From Desulfocapsa sp. (lineage in GTDB: Bacteria > Desulfobacterota > Desulfobulbia > Desulfobulbales > Desulfocapsaceae): a stretch of 64,000 nt of DNA. The DNA is taken from assembly GCA_013792135.1 (NCBI GenBank), contig VMSP01000124.1, forward strand, positions 16,480 through 80,479, written 5' to 3'. A program made the position numbers and the translations under genes. Positions 17,656-27,169 of this stretch are shown here, piece by piece. Numbering within the stretch: position 1 is the first letter of the stretch; the number at the start of each line of letters is the position of its first letter. The notes under the pieces were generated by a model. That model ran no database searches and was not told the DNA's origin. It worked only from the letters and a program-made list of their open reading frames with translations.

Positions 17656-18297
17656 TTACAGCTCTGTCAGCCCTTCTCGGATGGCATATTTGACAAGTCC
17701 GGCCACGGAGTTAATCTGCAGTTTTTCCATGAGCCGCCCTCGCCGTCCTTCAATGGCCTTGACGCTGACAAAGAGTCTTTCGGCAATTTCTTTGGTCGAA
17801 CGGCCCTCGGCAATCAGTTGCAGCACTTCACGTTCTTTGGTTGTGAGGTTTTCTTCCTTGGCCTCGGAGAGCAGGCGACGTCGGTAATCGTGAACAACCA
17901 TACCGGCAATTTTGGGACTGAGATAGGTCTGCCCGCTACGGACTGCGTCAAGGGCCTGGTTGAGTTCCTGGAAGGCGCACTCCTTGAGCAGGAAGCCTGA
18001 TGCTCCGGCCTGAAGAGCACCGGTAATGAAGCGTTTATCCGAATGCATGGACAGGACAATGATCTTACAAGAGGGGATTTCTTCCATGATCGAACTGGTG
18101 GCATCAATACCGTTCATCTCCGGCATGCTGACATCCATGATGATGATATCAGGTTTTTCCCGACGTGCCACCTCGATGGCTTGCCTACCGTTTTCCGCCC
18201 GGCCGACGATGGTGTAACCGGAGAGTCCTTCGATGAGTGAACAGAGCCCGTCCCTGACAATTTTATGGTCATCAACCACAATAATTTTTAGTATCAT
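17656..18297 (-). CDS. NarL/LuxR-family response regulator (REC + HTH)
   Basis: Receiver domain (KIIVVDDH..., PDIIIMDVSMPEMNG). C-terminal LuxR-type HTH (LTTKEREVLQLIAEGRSTKEIAERLFVSVKAIEGRRGRLMEKL). 4-nt overlap with the kinase gene. Confidence 0.93.
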   Translation of the reverse strand: MILKIIVVDDHKIVRDGLCSLIEGLSGYTIVGRAENGRQAIEVARREKPDIIIMDVSMPEMNGIDATSSIMEEIPSCKIIVLSMHSDKRFITGALQAGASGFLLKECAFQELNQALDAVRSGQTYLSPKIAGMVVHDYRRRLLSEAKEENLTTKEREVLQLIAEGRSTKEIAERLFVSVKAIEGRRGRLMEKLQINSVAGLVKYAIREGLTEL

Positions 18298-20291
18298 ACT
18301 CGTTCACTGCCGGATTCCGTGCAGGCCTCTTTTATTGGAATTGTAATGATTATGGTTGTTCCTTGACCTTTTGGCGAATTAATCACCACTGTGCCGCCGA
18401 TGTTGACTACCCGCTCACGGACGCTGAACAGGCCAAAGCCTCCGCTTGTGTTTTCTCCGTCTTTTTGATTCCCGTCTTTCATGCCGCAGCCATTGTCCCT
18501 TACGGTTATACGGACACCTTTGCTTGTACATCGAACTTCTACCTCGGCAGTATCAGCATGGGCATGACGGACGACATTTATCAGTAATTCACGAATTGTA
18601 CGGTAAATAAGGGCCAGGAAGGCGGGAGTGGTGCATTTGGGACACGCATCACATGCGGACTTGATTGTGAGGGCGTATTTTTTTTGAAAATCTTCAGCGA
18701 GCCATTCCAGCGCGGCCTTAAGACCAAGCTCATACAAAATGGGCGGACTGAGTTCAAAGGTGAGGGTGCGGACATCCTGTACTGTTTGCTCAATGATGCT
18801 TGCTATGAGCTGAAGTCTCTCCTGGCTGACATCGTTTGATGTGGAGGAAATGAGTCCATCCACATACATCTTCACAACCGAGAGGGACTGCCCTACCTGG
18901 TCGTGGAGGTCAGTGGCAAGTTGGCGTCTTTCATTGTCTTCTATCTGCATGAGTTCCGATGAGAGGGCGCGAAGACGCTTCCTGTGGTTGATCAGTTCTT
19001 CTTCCTTCCCTTTGCGGGTTACAATTTCGATCTGCATTACCCTGTTAGCCTGACGGAGCTCTCTGGTACGTTTTTCGACCTGTTCTTCAAGGTTTCTCTG
19101 GACCTCGTGCAAGTCTTTTTCAATCTTCAGCCTCTCCTTGATCTCTTTGATCATCTGGTCATTCAGTTGACGACGTGAAGTTGTATGTTCATTAATGATA
19201 TTTTTTTGATGTTCGCTGGTTTGTGCAAAATCGGCGATCATGGAGCGGAGGTCATCACTTAATCTGGAAAATTCATCGGTGTTGAAGCCTATCGATAGTG
19301 GATTTTCTGGTTGTACTTTTATTCGAGACGGGAAGGCTTTATCGATAAGGTCTCGGAATGTCGAGGTTGCAGTCCTGAGCTGATTTCTGTAAACGATGAG
19401 GAGGAGAAGGAGGGTAATAAGGCCTATGCCAATGTTTGAGAATAGGACATAACGAAGGGTCTTACTGGATTGGTTGGTGATAGGGCGATCGGCCTGAACC
19501 TCAAGAAGCCACTTGGGTTTCTCCAGATAATCGGAAAGGAGGCTGTATACGGTGATTCTGTTTTCTGTATCATAAAAGACAAAGGGTGTCTCTGGGCCAA
19601 GTGTGGATATATCGGCAGGAATCTTGGAAAGAGGCTCTTGTTCATCGAGATCAAGAAGTCGGTAATTGACCTTGGTCTGTTTTTTTAATTTTGCCATTAA
19701 CTCCTTGGTGAGCAAGCGACCCAGCATCAGCGTTCCGACAATGGGCCCGGTGTTTTCACTGGTGATAATAGGGTGGGATGCGATCAAGAGTGGGCCGTGA
19801 GCTGTTTTGAGAATTCCACTGATTGAACTGTCCACTCCTGGATGGTGCAGCAGGGAATGATTTCTGGCCAGTCCGGTCGGCGGCAGCTCAGAGAGGCCCA
19901 TTTCCTCTTCTGTCTCAAGGTTGAGCAGTCGACTCAATACCAGCGATCCGTCGAGGCGAAATATGTACAACAGATTTAATTTGATATTTGTAAAGGTTGT
20001 ATTTCCTAGATTGGAGGTGATATATTCGGGGTTTACGTTCTGTACAAAATTATAGGTATCATCCCAGGCCGACCAGTCATGGGCGATGGTTACCAAACCC
20101 TCTTCTTCTCGTAGTAGCGCTTCAATAAGACGTTCCATCTCTTGTTGAGCCAGGTGATGTTCAAGTTGAAGATGGTGGGGGGAGACAATCAGCTTAATAA
20201 TGAAATAGTTGGCAAGTGAGTATATGGAAACTAAGAGCAAGAGGCTGAGGAACGCCTTGCCCTGTATTAATCTGATTTTCCCTAACATCAT
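18294..20291 (-). CDS. Sensor histidine kinase, HisKA_3 (NarX/DegS-like) class, with large periplasmic sensor domain
   Basis: Two TM segments bracket a ~260-aa periplasmic region (WDDTYNFV motif; a CHASE4-like guess only). Coiled coil. H-box LATDLHDQVGQSLS. ATPase motifs VRDNGCGM and GGFGLFSVRERV. Confidence 0.9.
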   Translation of the reverse strand: MMLGKIRLIQGKAFLSLLLLVSIYSLANYFIIKLIVSPHHLQLEHHLAQQEMERLIEALLREEEGLVTIAHDWSAWDDTYNFVQNVNPEYITSNLGNTTFTNIKLNLLYIFRLDGSLVLSRLLNLETEEEMGLSELPPTGLARNHSLLHHPGVDSSISGILKTAHGPLLIASHPIITSENTGPIVGTLMLGRLLTKELMAKLKKQTKVNYRLLDLDEQEPLSKIPADISTLGPETPFVFYDTENRITVYSLLSDYLEKPKWLLEVQADRPITNQSSKTLRYVLFSNIGIGLITLLLLLIVYRNQLRTATSTFRDLIDKAFPSRIKVQPENPLSIGFNTDEFSRLSDDLRSMIADFAQTSEHQKNIINEHTTSRRQLNDQMIKEIKERLKIEKDLHEVQRNLEEQVEKRTRELRQANRVMQIEIVTRKGKEEELINHRKRLRALSSELMQIEDNERRQLATDLHDQVGQSLSVVKMYVDGLISSTSNDVSQERLQLIASIIEQTVQDVRTLTFELSPPILYELGLKAALEWLAEDFQKKYALTIKSACDACPKCTTPAFLALIYRTIRELLINVVRHAHADTAEVEVRCTSKGVRITVRDNGCGMKDGNQKDGENTSGGFGLFSVRERVVNIGGTVVINSPKGQGTTIIITIPIKEACTESGSERV

Positions 20292-20292
20292 C

Positions 20293-20490
20293 TTATGCCT
20301 TTATTTCTTTTATTGCGGCAATCAGGTGATGTTGAATCTCATTGAAATTTTTAAATAAAATTTTACTATCCGTAGTATGAGATACACGTAACTCGTGAAG
20401 ACCATCCATCGCCTGCTGAAGGTAAGCCAGTGCTGCTGTAATTTTTTTTTCCAAAAATGCTGTCATAATATTAAAATCATTTACCACCAT
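20293..20490 (-). CDS. Small hypothetical helical protein (65 aa) tightly coupled to the kinase gene
   Basis: The ORF ends 1 nt before the kinase start codon. No recognisable domain. Coding status uncertain. Confidence 0.4.
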   Translation of the reverse strand: MVVNDFNIMTAFLEKKITAALAYLQQAMDGLHELRVSHTTDSKILFKNFNEIQHHLIAAIKEIKA

Positions 20491-20522
20491 CTGCTGTGGA
20501 TCGATGTGAAGAAACTGAATTA

Positions 20523-20677
20523 CCTAGGAGTCTGTCGGATTATCCGAATTTAAAAAAGATAACATATTGATATTGCTACATATAATACAAATTGCAAGTT
20601 GCGTAACATTTCTAGTAATTCTTTAAATATCAGCAAGTTACGAAAACTGAATCACCAAAATCCGACAGACTCCTAGG
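20523..20677. repeat. Perfect 18-20-bp inverted repeat enclosing ~117 bp of AT-rich DNA
   Basis: cctaggagtctgtcggat(ta) at 20523-20542 and (aa)atccgacagactcctagg at 20658-20677. It lies in the 650-bp AT-rich region upstream of the small-ORF/kinase/regulator operon. Confidence 0.7.
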
Positions 20678-21141
20678 GAGTCAAATGCCCACTCATTTTA
20701 TCAAGATGGTTAGAAAAGTGCTATAATGAACCGAAAACACGTCTTAACTAAAACAAGATAAAGATAATAGTCACAAGAGTAAGTAGTGCTGTAAGACATA
20801 GGTTAATACAGAGAAGAGCAGGCCCTGGTATTTGCCCGGAACTTAAAGCTTATATTGTAAGTATAGCAAAAAATACGTCTCTTGCAAATAGGGGGATAGT
20901 TTATGTGGAGTTTCAACAGAAATTCATCTTCGGTTTAGAATTCGTTCATAAATTAATCATTTTTTTGTATGGTTATCATAGGTATTCTCCACAGATGTCG
21001 AACCTATTGCAAAATGAAGAATTAAGTCCAAAAACTGAGATACTCGCGCAGGCTTGAATGTATAACGTGCTGAATTTGCAAAATGAATTCAAGATAAAAA
21101 CACTCTGGATGACATCTTAGTCATTTTGCAAGAACCTTATA

Positions 21142-22452
21142 TTAACTTTTCTTTTCATTTTGCAGACTTCTGCGATAGGCTTGGAGATACTTTTTTGATG
21201 CGGGTTTCATAGACACGGCGCAGGCAAACTGTTCTTTGGCTGCAGTTGTGTCACCTTTGGCCTGTAAGCATTTGCCATACCAATAATAATTATCGGCCTT
21301 AGATGGCTCTAATAATACCTTGTTATGGCTTTCCTCAATGGCTTTTTCCAAATGAATTCGGGCTTTTTCCTTCTTGCCGTTTTGCTGAAAGCTATGAAAT
21401 AACGAGAGATTAACCGCTATCTGGTGAGGATCCCGACTATAATGAATCATGTCAAGGCGAATGGCTTTACCATTGGTGGCAAGAAACCTCTGCTCATCCC
21501 CCATCTCTTTATAAGTTCGGGCCAAGCTGCGTAACAGAACCCTGTTTTCAGGACTTTTTCCAAGAAGGTCTTCATAGAGATAGGCCGCATTCTGCCAATC
21601 TCCATAACTGCAATAGCGCTTGGCAAATTTTTTCTCCCCAGCCGTGATGCGCTTTACCATTTGGCCATGCAGCTCCGGAGATTTCCAGCAATACCAACTC
21701 GCCGATCCTGCTCCAGCGAAACAGACAAGAACTACTCCGACCATTGCTATAGCCGGACCCCAGGGAGTTGCATGTGCCCGTTTTCCCTGGCTCAGCAGGA
21801 GATAGTGAAGGGTCAGGAAGGCCAGAGCCATGGCAATAAGGAGCTCTGCGATCTCAGCCTCGTTAAATAAAAAAAGACGAACTTCACACAGCGCCCCTGT
21901 GATAAAGTAGGGGCTGAGGTAGAGCGGCGGGACAGGCAGTCCGTGGTCTGCCAACCATTGCGCCAATCTATTACCGTTCCTCTGCAAGAGAGGGTAGATC
22001 AGACCATATCCTATCAAACCGGCAACAAGACCAATCTCAATGATTTTCTTTTGCCAGGTTGCTGTTGGGCCGGTGAGAAAGTTGTGGAGGTTGACCTCCT
22101 GCTGAAGATTATGGCGCTGAAAAAACTCCGGGCTTGCAAAGGAAAAAAGACGTTGGCCCCAGGAAATTTCCTCGCCTACCACATAGAAGCAGGCAAGGGC
22201 CAGGATAGCAAAAAAGAGACGGTAGGGATGTGTGTACCGTGTCAGGAGAAGGGAACCAATAAGGGTTGCCGCAAAAAAGAAGACCTGGGTCCATTCCCCG
22301 AGCAGATCCTCATAGGTGGCAAGGATGTAGAGCTGCGGAAACTTAACTGCCAGAATAACAAAGAGGGACACAACCCCAACAAAAAGAATGGTTGCTGTTA
22401 TCCCTGCAGTATTTCTCGCAGAAATCATAGTATTTCCCTGAGGGTCACTCAT
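21142..22452 (-). CDS. Polytopic membrane protein with C-terminal TPR-like domain, function unknown
   Basis: About 7-8 hydrophobic helices in the first ~250 aa. The remainder is soluble and TPR-like (AYLYEDLLGKSPEN..., YYWYGKCLQAKGDTTAAKEQFACAVSMKP). Confidence 0.75.
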   Translation of the reverse strand: MSDPQGNTMISARNTAGITATILFVGVVSLFVILAVKFPQLYILATYEDLLGEWTQVFFFAATLIGSLLLTRYTHPYRLFFAILALACFYVVGEEISWGQRLFSFASPEFFQRHNLQQEVNLHNFLTGPTATWQKKIIEIGLVAGLIGYGLIYPLLQRNGNRLAQWLADHGLPVPPLYLSPYFITGALCEVRLFLFNEAEIAELLIAMALAFLTLHYLLLSQGKRAHATPWGPAIAMVGVVLVCFAGAGSASWYCWKSPELHGQMVKRITAGEKKFAKRYCSYGDWQNAAYLYEDLLGKSPENRVLLRSLARTYKEMGDEQRFLATNGKAIRLDMIHYSRDPHQIAVNLSLFHSFQQNGKKEKARIHLEKAIEESHNKVLLEPSKADNYYWYGKCLQAKGDTTAAKEQFACAVSMKPASKKYLQAYRRSLQNEKKS

Positions 22453-22640
22453 GACATTCTCCTTTCACTTAAATTATTCTACCTCTTCTGAATCTGCAGC
22501 GCAGGCTTTTGATCAACTGACCAGCTATACTGATAGCCATAAAGCCAATTATAACCAAAACTACCAAACCAATATTTTCAGATACACCATCCATTTGATC
22601 TCTATCCTTTTAACACACTGTAATAATAGTAGGTGATAAG

Positions 22641-22687
22641 CAGAAAACGAAAACCCCCTTTTCCGGCCACTCAAGACCGGAAAAGGG
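22641..22687 (-). terminator. Rho-independent terminator after the acidic-tail protein gene
   Basis: Stem cccttttccgg (22656-22666) / ccggaaaaggg (22677-22687). On the minus strand it is followed by GGTTTTCGTTTTCTG. Confidence 0.65.
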
Positions 22688-22750
22688 TAAATATGTGGGG
22701 AGCTCTTGGATTACAGACTAACAAGACCCATTATTATGGAACGACCTTGA

Positions 22751-23230
22751 TTAATCTTCTTCAAGTCCACTATCGTCACTATCGCCATAAACTTTGACAA
22801 CTACAGCATCATCACTGTCATCATCATCATCATCATGATCTTCATCATCGTCGCTATCATCACTGTCATCACCATCATCATGATGATCACTGTCATCACC
22901 GACTACTTGATTGATGCAGGTACCGGCGACAACGACCTTGGAGCTCCAGTAAAGGCCGGTCTTATAGTTCGGAGCCTGCCAGCGAAAGGTCACTGTCTTG
23001 GTGGAATTTGCGCGCAGGTACTGCTCGCTGCAGACCTTACCCACCACAGTGCCGGCATCGTCATAAGCTGTAAGTTTAACAGCAGCTTTCAGGGCGTTGC
23101 TTGTTGTATTTTTAACATTCGCAGACACATACACGGACTCATTCATCTGCACTGAGCCGGCGGCCATGCCCATACTGGTGCTTGCTAAGGCGACTACCAT
23201 CGCCAAAAGAATTATTTGTACGATTTTCAT
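22751..23230 (-). CDS. Secreted small protein: beta-rich domain plus extreme Asp/His-rich C-terminal tail
   Basis: Signal peptide MKIVQIILLAMVVALASTSMGMAAG and RBS GGAGGA. Tail: GDDSDHHDDGDDSDDSDDDEDHDDDDDDSDD...DSDDSGLEED. Confidence 0.8.
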   Translation of the reverse strand: MKIVQIILLAMVVALASTSMGMAAGSVQMNESVYVSANVKNTTSNALKAAVKLTAYDDAGTVVGKVCSEQYLRANSTKTVTFRWQAPNYKTGLYWSSKVVVAGTCINQVVGDDSDHHDDGDDSDDSDDDEDHDDDDDDSDDAVVVKVYGDSDDSGLEED

Positions 23231-23278
23231 TCTATTCCTCCAATATTCAGAATAATCATTTTGTTAAAGAACCTTACG

Positions 23279-24712
23279 TTAGAGAACGGTGTTCGGGGCA
23301 TTGATACTGACCACGAATGCTGCAGGATCAGTAATGCCTGGCTCGGCCTGGGCCACAGTAGCGTCAAAGGTCGGAGTCGCCCTGATGGTAAAGCTGGCAT
23401 TGCCGTTACCATCTGCGGTGGGCCAATTCTGGGCGTTGGCTACAGAGATGAAGGCATTAATGTTGACGTTAGCCAGATCGTCGATATCTCCGGGGATCAT
23501 CAAGGGATCAGCCATCCAGGCAAGGATGGTGTCAGCATCAACCGGAATTGGGGGTCGGACATCGGTACCCACGGAAGGCGCGAGTTCTTTAGCAATTCCG
23601 TCGCCATCGTTATCATGAAGCTGATAATCCTCGCGGTAAGTCATCCACTGGCCTGTACAACCACCATTGGCGGCACCAGCCTGGCCAGCTACTTTATCAA
23701 AATCACCGTCGCAGTTGGCAACGATTAAATTATCAGTGTAAGGATTGCCATCGTCATCGTAGTAGAAAGCACCCTTCATCTGGTTGGATGGCAGCCATTC
23801 ACCGAACAGATCACGATGAACTGCACCGAGTTCTGTGGTGGTGATTGAGGTTTCTCCGGCCAGCAGGCCGAAGGTACCCCGGACATAGGGGTTGAAATAA
23901 CCGGTACCGGCGTGATGCTTGTCAGCGGCGCCGAACAGGCCGTGGGCCATGAGGGAATCAAGTTCTCCCTGATTCATCATCGTGCTTGGGGTGGGGTCGT
24001 AATCATCATAGATAGTGCCGTTTTTGGCACAGAAGGCAATACCTGTGCCGGGGGTGGCTTTTTGGAATTGACCATTAACGATAAAACCGATTTCCTGGGT
24101 ATAACCGGTGACCCGTTGACCAGTCTGGTTGCCATATTTCTGCAGGAGACGATATATATCTGTGTTGCCGTTGGCGCTGACATTAAAGGTCAAATCAACG
24201 GGGCCATCCAGCACATAACTCACCATCTTGAAGCGCTTACTGGATTGGAAGGGATCGGAACATTGCTTGATATCAGTACCCCAGGGCGATTCAGGCATCC
24301 ATCCTGCCGACATAATACAGTTTTCGTTCTTGACATCATCACCGGTGACCACGTTTATTCCTGGCCCCTGCGTATCTCTCTCTTTCCAGGTCATGGCACC
24401 GTTCTGGGTGGTCTTGGTGCTATCGGTAAAGATATTCGTCTTACCTCCGGCAAAGAGAGACCAGCCGCTGGGCATGAAACCGCCACTGGCAACGGCACCG
24501 GTGTTTGGGTCCGTCAGACTGCCCGGTTCCACATAGTTAAAGATGTCAAAGGTAAAAGGGACACCGGTCGCTGCAGCAACCTCCTGGGTCGTCGGCGCCG
24601 GAGATGTCAGAGACATATCCCACTGGCTGACAACATCCGCTTGAGCAACGCCAACTGCGCTCACCATCCCCAGTGCCGCAGCAGCGGCCATCAATTTTCT
24701 ACTTCGTTTCAT
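23279..24712 (-). CDS. Secreted protein of unknown family (477 aa), paralogue of the 25496..26659 product
   Basis: Signal peptide MKRSRKLMAAAAALGMVSAVGVAQA and RBS GGAGGAGG. Blocks shared with the paralogue: GAMTWKERDTQGPGINVV, NCIMSAGW, CSDPFQSSKRFKM, GYFNPY, YYDDDGNPYTDNLIVANCDGDF, GDIDDLANV. Confidence 0.85.
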   Translation of the reverse strand: MKRSRKLMAAAAALGMVSAVGVAQADVVSQWDMSLTSPAPTTQEVAAATGVPFTFDIFNYVEPGSLTDPNTGAVASGGFMPSGWSLFAGGKTNIFTDSTKTTQNGAMTWKERDTQGPGINVVTGDDVKNENCIMSAGWMPESPWGTDIKQCSDPFQSSKRFKMVSYVLDGPVDLTFNVSANGNTDIYRLLQKYGNQTGQRVTGYTQEIGFIVNGQFQKATPGTGIAFCAKNGTIYDDYDPTPSTMMNQGELDSLMAHGLFGAADKHHAGTGYFNPYVRGTFGLLAGETSITTTELGAVHRDLFGEWLPSNQMKGAFYYDDDGNPYTDNLIVANCDGDFDKVAGQAGAANGGCTGQWMTYREDYQLHDNDGDGIAKELAPSVGTDVRPPIPVDADTILAWMADPLMIPGDIDDLANVNINAFISVANAQNWPTADGNGNASFTIRATPTFDATVAQAEPGITDPAAFVVSINAPNTVL

Positions 24713-24909
24713 AGCTTTTCCTCCTCCAAGATTAATAAGGATACTACCCTTTGCTTAATCCTTGGGAATGCATAACACGTACCAGAAAGACACAAGGAAA
24801 TATTTTTGGCAGTAAAAAACTGTCAACTATACGTGATGACGATGTTATTCTTAAAAAAATGTTGTTACTAGAAAAAAACAGAGGGGAACATCACTCTCAG
24901 TGATTAGAA

Positions 24910-25015
24910 GCTGCTCATCAGCTCACTAGAATCTGGGGAGTGATTTTCAGGAGAAAAAAGTTTGGAAATCAAGTATGTGAAAAGGGAATGATGGAGGTAA
25001 AAAAATTAAGAAAGG
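24910..25015. repeat. Copy A of a ~110-140-nt dispersed repeat
   Basis: ctgctcatcagctcactagaatctggggagtgattttcaggagaaaaaagtttggaaatcaagtatgtgaaaagggaat...ggaggtaaaaa. Near-identical to copies at 27036-27165 and 27600-27745, same orientation. Confidence 0.85.
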
Positions 25016-25021
25016 CAAGGT

Positions 25022-25170
25022 GAACTTTGGCGAATCGTTCATTATAAGCATACGTGAATTCTTTGAAATGTCTATCCAGAAGATTCCACAGTGGGTATTC
25101 TTGCTGTGTGCGGGGATGACAGGCCGCAGGTGGTTTGACGTGCTCGGGCTTAAGCCACCGTCCCGGAAGA
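25022..25170 (-). pseudogene. Relic of an IS91-family (Y2) transposase N-terminus
   Basis: Minus-strand translation ...CHPRTQQEYPLWNLLDRHFKEFTYAYNERFAKV resembles, from memory, the conserved YRPR......Y..V.D.F..F...Y.E.F N-terminus of IS91-like transposases. It is cut off where repeat copy A begins. Confidence 0.4.
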
Positions 25171-25495
25171 AGTAAAGGCGGTTAAGATAAAAATCTCAAC
25201 CGCCTCTTTGATTGTTGGATTGTCACGGTTGAACCCGCTTCCTGACCCAGGTCATATTTATTGTTGTTTGTCGACGTCCGTAAATGTTCTGTTATCTTCT
25301 TCAACGCAACTTATCAGGCTGCATCAAGTGCAATAAGAGTCAAGATCAGGTCAGACGGGAGATCCTTACAAGTAGGAGGAGTTTGAACTCCTCCCGCTAT
25401 TGATGCGAAATATCACAGGTGTGAAGTGTATCTGCAGGGCTTGTTATTGACACAACCGATGTGCCGGTGTAATAGGCCTGCCGCTCTGGCCATTA

Positions 25496-26659
25496 TTAAT
25501 ATATCGGATAAAAGCGCATTACGAACTGGGTCGGGGTCGGCCATTTGGAGTTAGTTTTGCCAACCGTGATGTAGTAGTTCAAGCCAAGATTGGCAAGGTC
25601 TTCGATCGGGCCGTTCAAGTACAGATAGTTCGACTGCCAGGCTGCCAGTTCGTCTTCAGGAACAGGCTTCTTGATTCCGTCAGAGGGATAGGGAAGGCCG
25701 TTGGCATCAAGCCCAGCCTGACTGCGGTAGGTTACCCAGGTACCATCGCAGTAGCCAGTTTCCGCGATCGCGTCGGTCACCACGAAATTGCCGTCGCAGT
25801 TAGCCATCAAGATGTTGTCGGTGTTAACGTTGTCATCATCGTCATAGTAATAAGCCCAAGGGACACTGGCCAGGTTGTTCCAGTCGCCGAACATTGCATA
25901 GTAGTTGGAAGTGATCAGACCGGTGGAAATCGTGTCTTCCGTTGCGTTGAGCAGGTAACCCATGCGGTAGAGCGGGTCAAAGTAGCCGGTAGTTGGATGA
26001 TTGGCATCGGCAGGCCCGGCCAATCCTTGAGCGTAGACAGCAGAAAGCACATCGGCAGACTGAACAGTAGAGGTGGTCGTGGTGAAATATTTACCCTTGT
26101 TGGTGGAGAATCCAAGGCCGTCAAGAGACTTGGATTTGGTGAACACGCCGTTGACCATGAAGCCCAGTTCAGCCCTGAAGCCTTTCCACTTTCTGATATC
26201 GCCATCGGTCAGCTTCTGCATGGAGTTGTAGATGCTGACATTTGTGTCGATTGCAGTGGTGAAGTACACGTCGATCGGCTGGCCGTTGGTTCCCTTGACC
26301 TTCCAGCGCTTACTGGACTTTAACGGGTCGGTGCACATTTTGTCACTAAAGTCATAAGGGTTGTAGCCAGTGGTCATGATGCACTTGAGACCGCTGACAT
26401 CGTCAGCATTAACAATCTTCATGCCCGGAGCCTTGACATCGGTCTCTTTCCAGGTGATCGCGCCGTTGGTTGCAGTCTTGGCAGCAGTGGTGTAGAGCGT
26501 GCTGGGATAACTAACCCATTCAATATAGGGGGGGGGAGTTACGGTTACATTACTCATGTTCCACCCGGTGATAGTGCCGGCATTGACAATGGAAGCTGCG
26601 GCACATGTACCGAAGGCGGTGAGAAGAAATACGGCTGATTTATTAAATTTCTTTTTCAT
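25496..26659 (-). CDS. Secreted protein of unknown family (387 aa), paralogue of the 23279..24712 product
   Basis: Signal peptide [27 protein letters not shown]. Shared blocks: [77 protein letters not shown]. Confidence 0.85.
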   Translation of the reverse strand: MKKKFNKSAVFLLTAFGTCAAASIVNAGTITGWNMSNVTVTPPPYIEWVSYPSTLYTTAAKTATNGAITWKETDVKAPGMKIVNADDVSGLKCIMTTGYNPYDFSDKMCTDPLKSSKRWKVKGTNGQPIDVYFTTAIDTNVSIYNSMQKLTDGDIRKWKGFRAELGFMVNGVFTKSKSLDGLGFSTNKGKYFTTTTSTVQSADVLSAVYAQGLAGPADANHPTTGYFDPLYRMGYLLNATEDTISTGLITSNYYAMFGDWNNLASVPWAYYYDDDDNVNTDNILMANCDGNFVVTDAIAETGYCDGTWVTYRSQAGLDANGLPYPSDGIKKPVPEDELAAWQSNYLYLNGPIEDLANLGLNYYITVGKTNSKWPTPTQFVMRFYPIY

Positions 26660-26666
26660 TTTTTCA

Positions 26667-26850
26667 TCCTGATAGAATTGATTTTTAAAATACCTACCAT
26701 TAAAAAGATGCTAAAAAAATACCTGCCATTACTACGACGTAGCTTAGATTACCCCTCCTCCTGATAGAATTGATTTTTAAAATACCTACCATTAAATTGA
26801 TGTTATAAAAACATCTGCCATTACTCAGTCGTAGCCAAGATTGCCGCTCC
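26667..26850. repeat. Tandem direct repeat, 2 x 92 bp, abutting the start codon of the 25496..26659 gene
   Basis: Unit 1 (26667-26758) and unit 2 (26759-26850) both begin tcctgatagaattgatttttaaaatacctaccatta. They are roughly 80% identical. Each unit holds two copies of the 13-nt motif A(T/C)A(C/T)CT(A/G)CCATTA. Confidence 0.85.
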
Positions 26851-27035
26851 TCACGGTTTCAGGTGAGTAAACGAAAAACAAGTTTTCCATTTATGATGAA
26901 AAGTAAATGTTTGAAACTATTTCATGCAGAAAATGTACCATAACGATGCAGTAAAACATTAAGGAGGGAGTAACAGTTAACTTCTTGTAAATATGTATTT
27001 TTGTTTTTAACAAAAATAAAGTATTTATCAAAAAA

Positions 27036-27165
27036 CGGGGCCCATTGTTTCAATAACCAGAAACTGATCATCAGCTCACTAGAATCTGGTGAGCGATTTT
27101 CAGGACAAAACAAGTTTGGAGATCAAGTTTGTGAAATGAGAATTCTGGAGATAGGAAATTGGCTG
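27036..27165. repeat. Copy B of the dispersed repeat (long form with 5' extension)
   Basis: aaaaacggggcccattgtttcaataaccagaaactgatcatcagctcactagaatctggtgagcgattttcaggacaaaacaagtttggagatcaagtttgtgaaatgagaattctggagatag. Confidence 0.85.
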
Positions 27166-27169
27166 CGCA

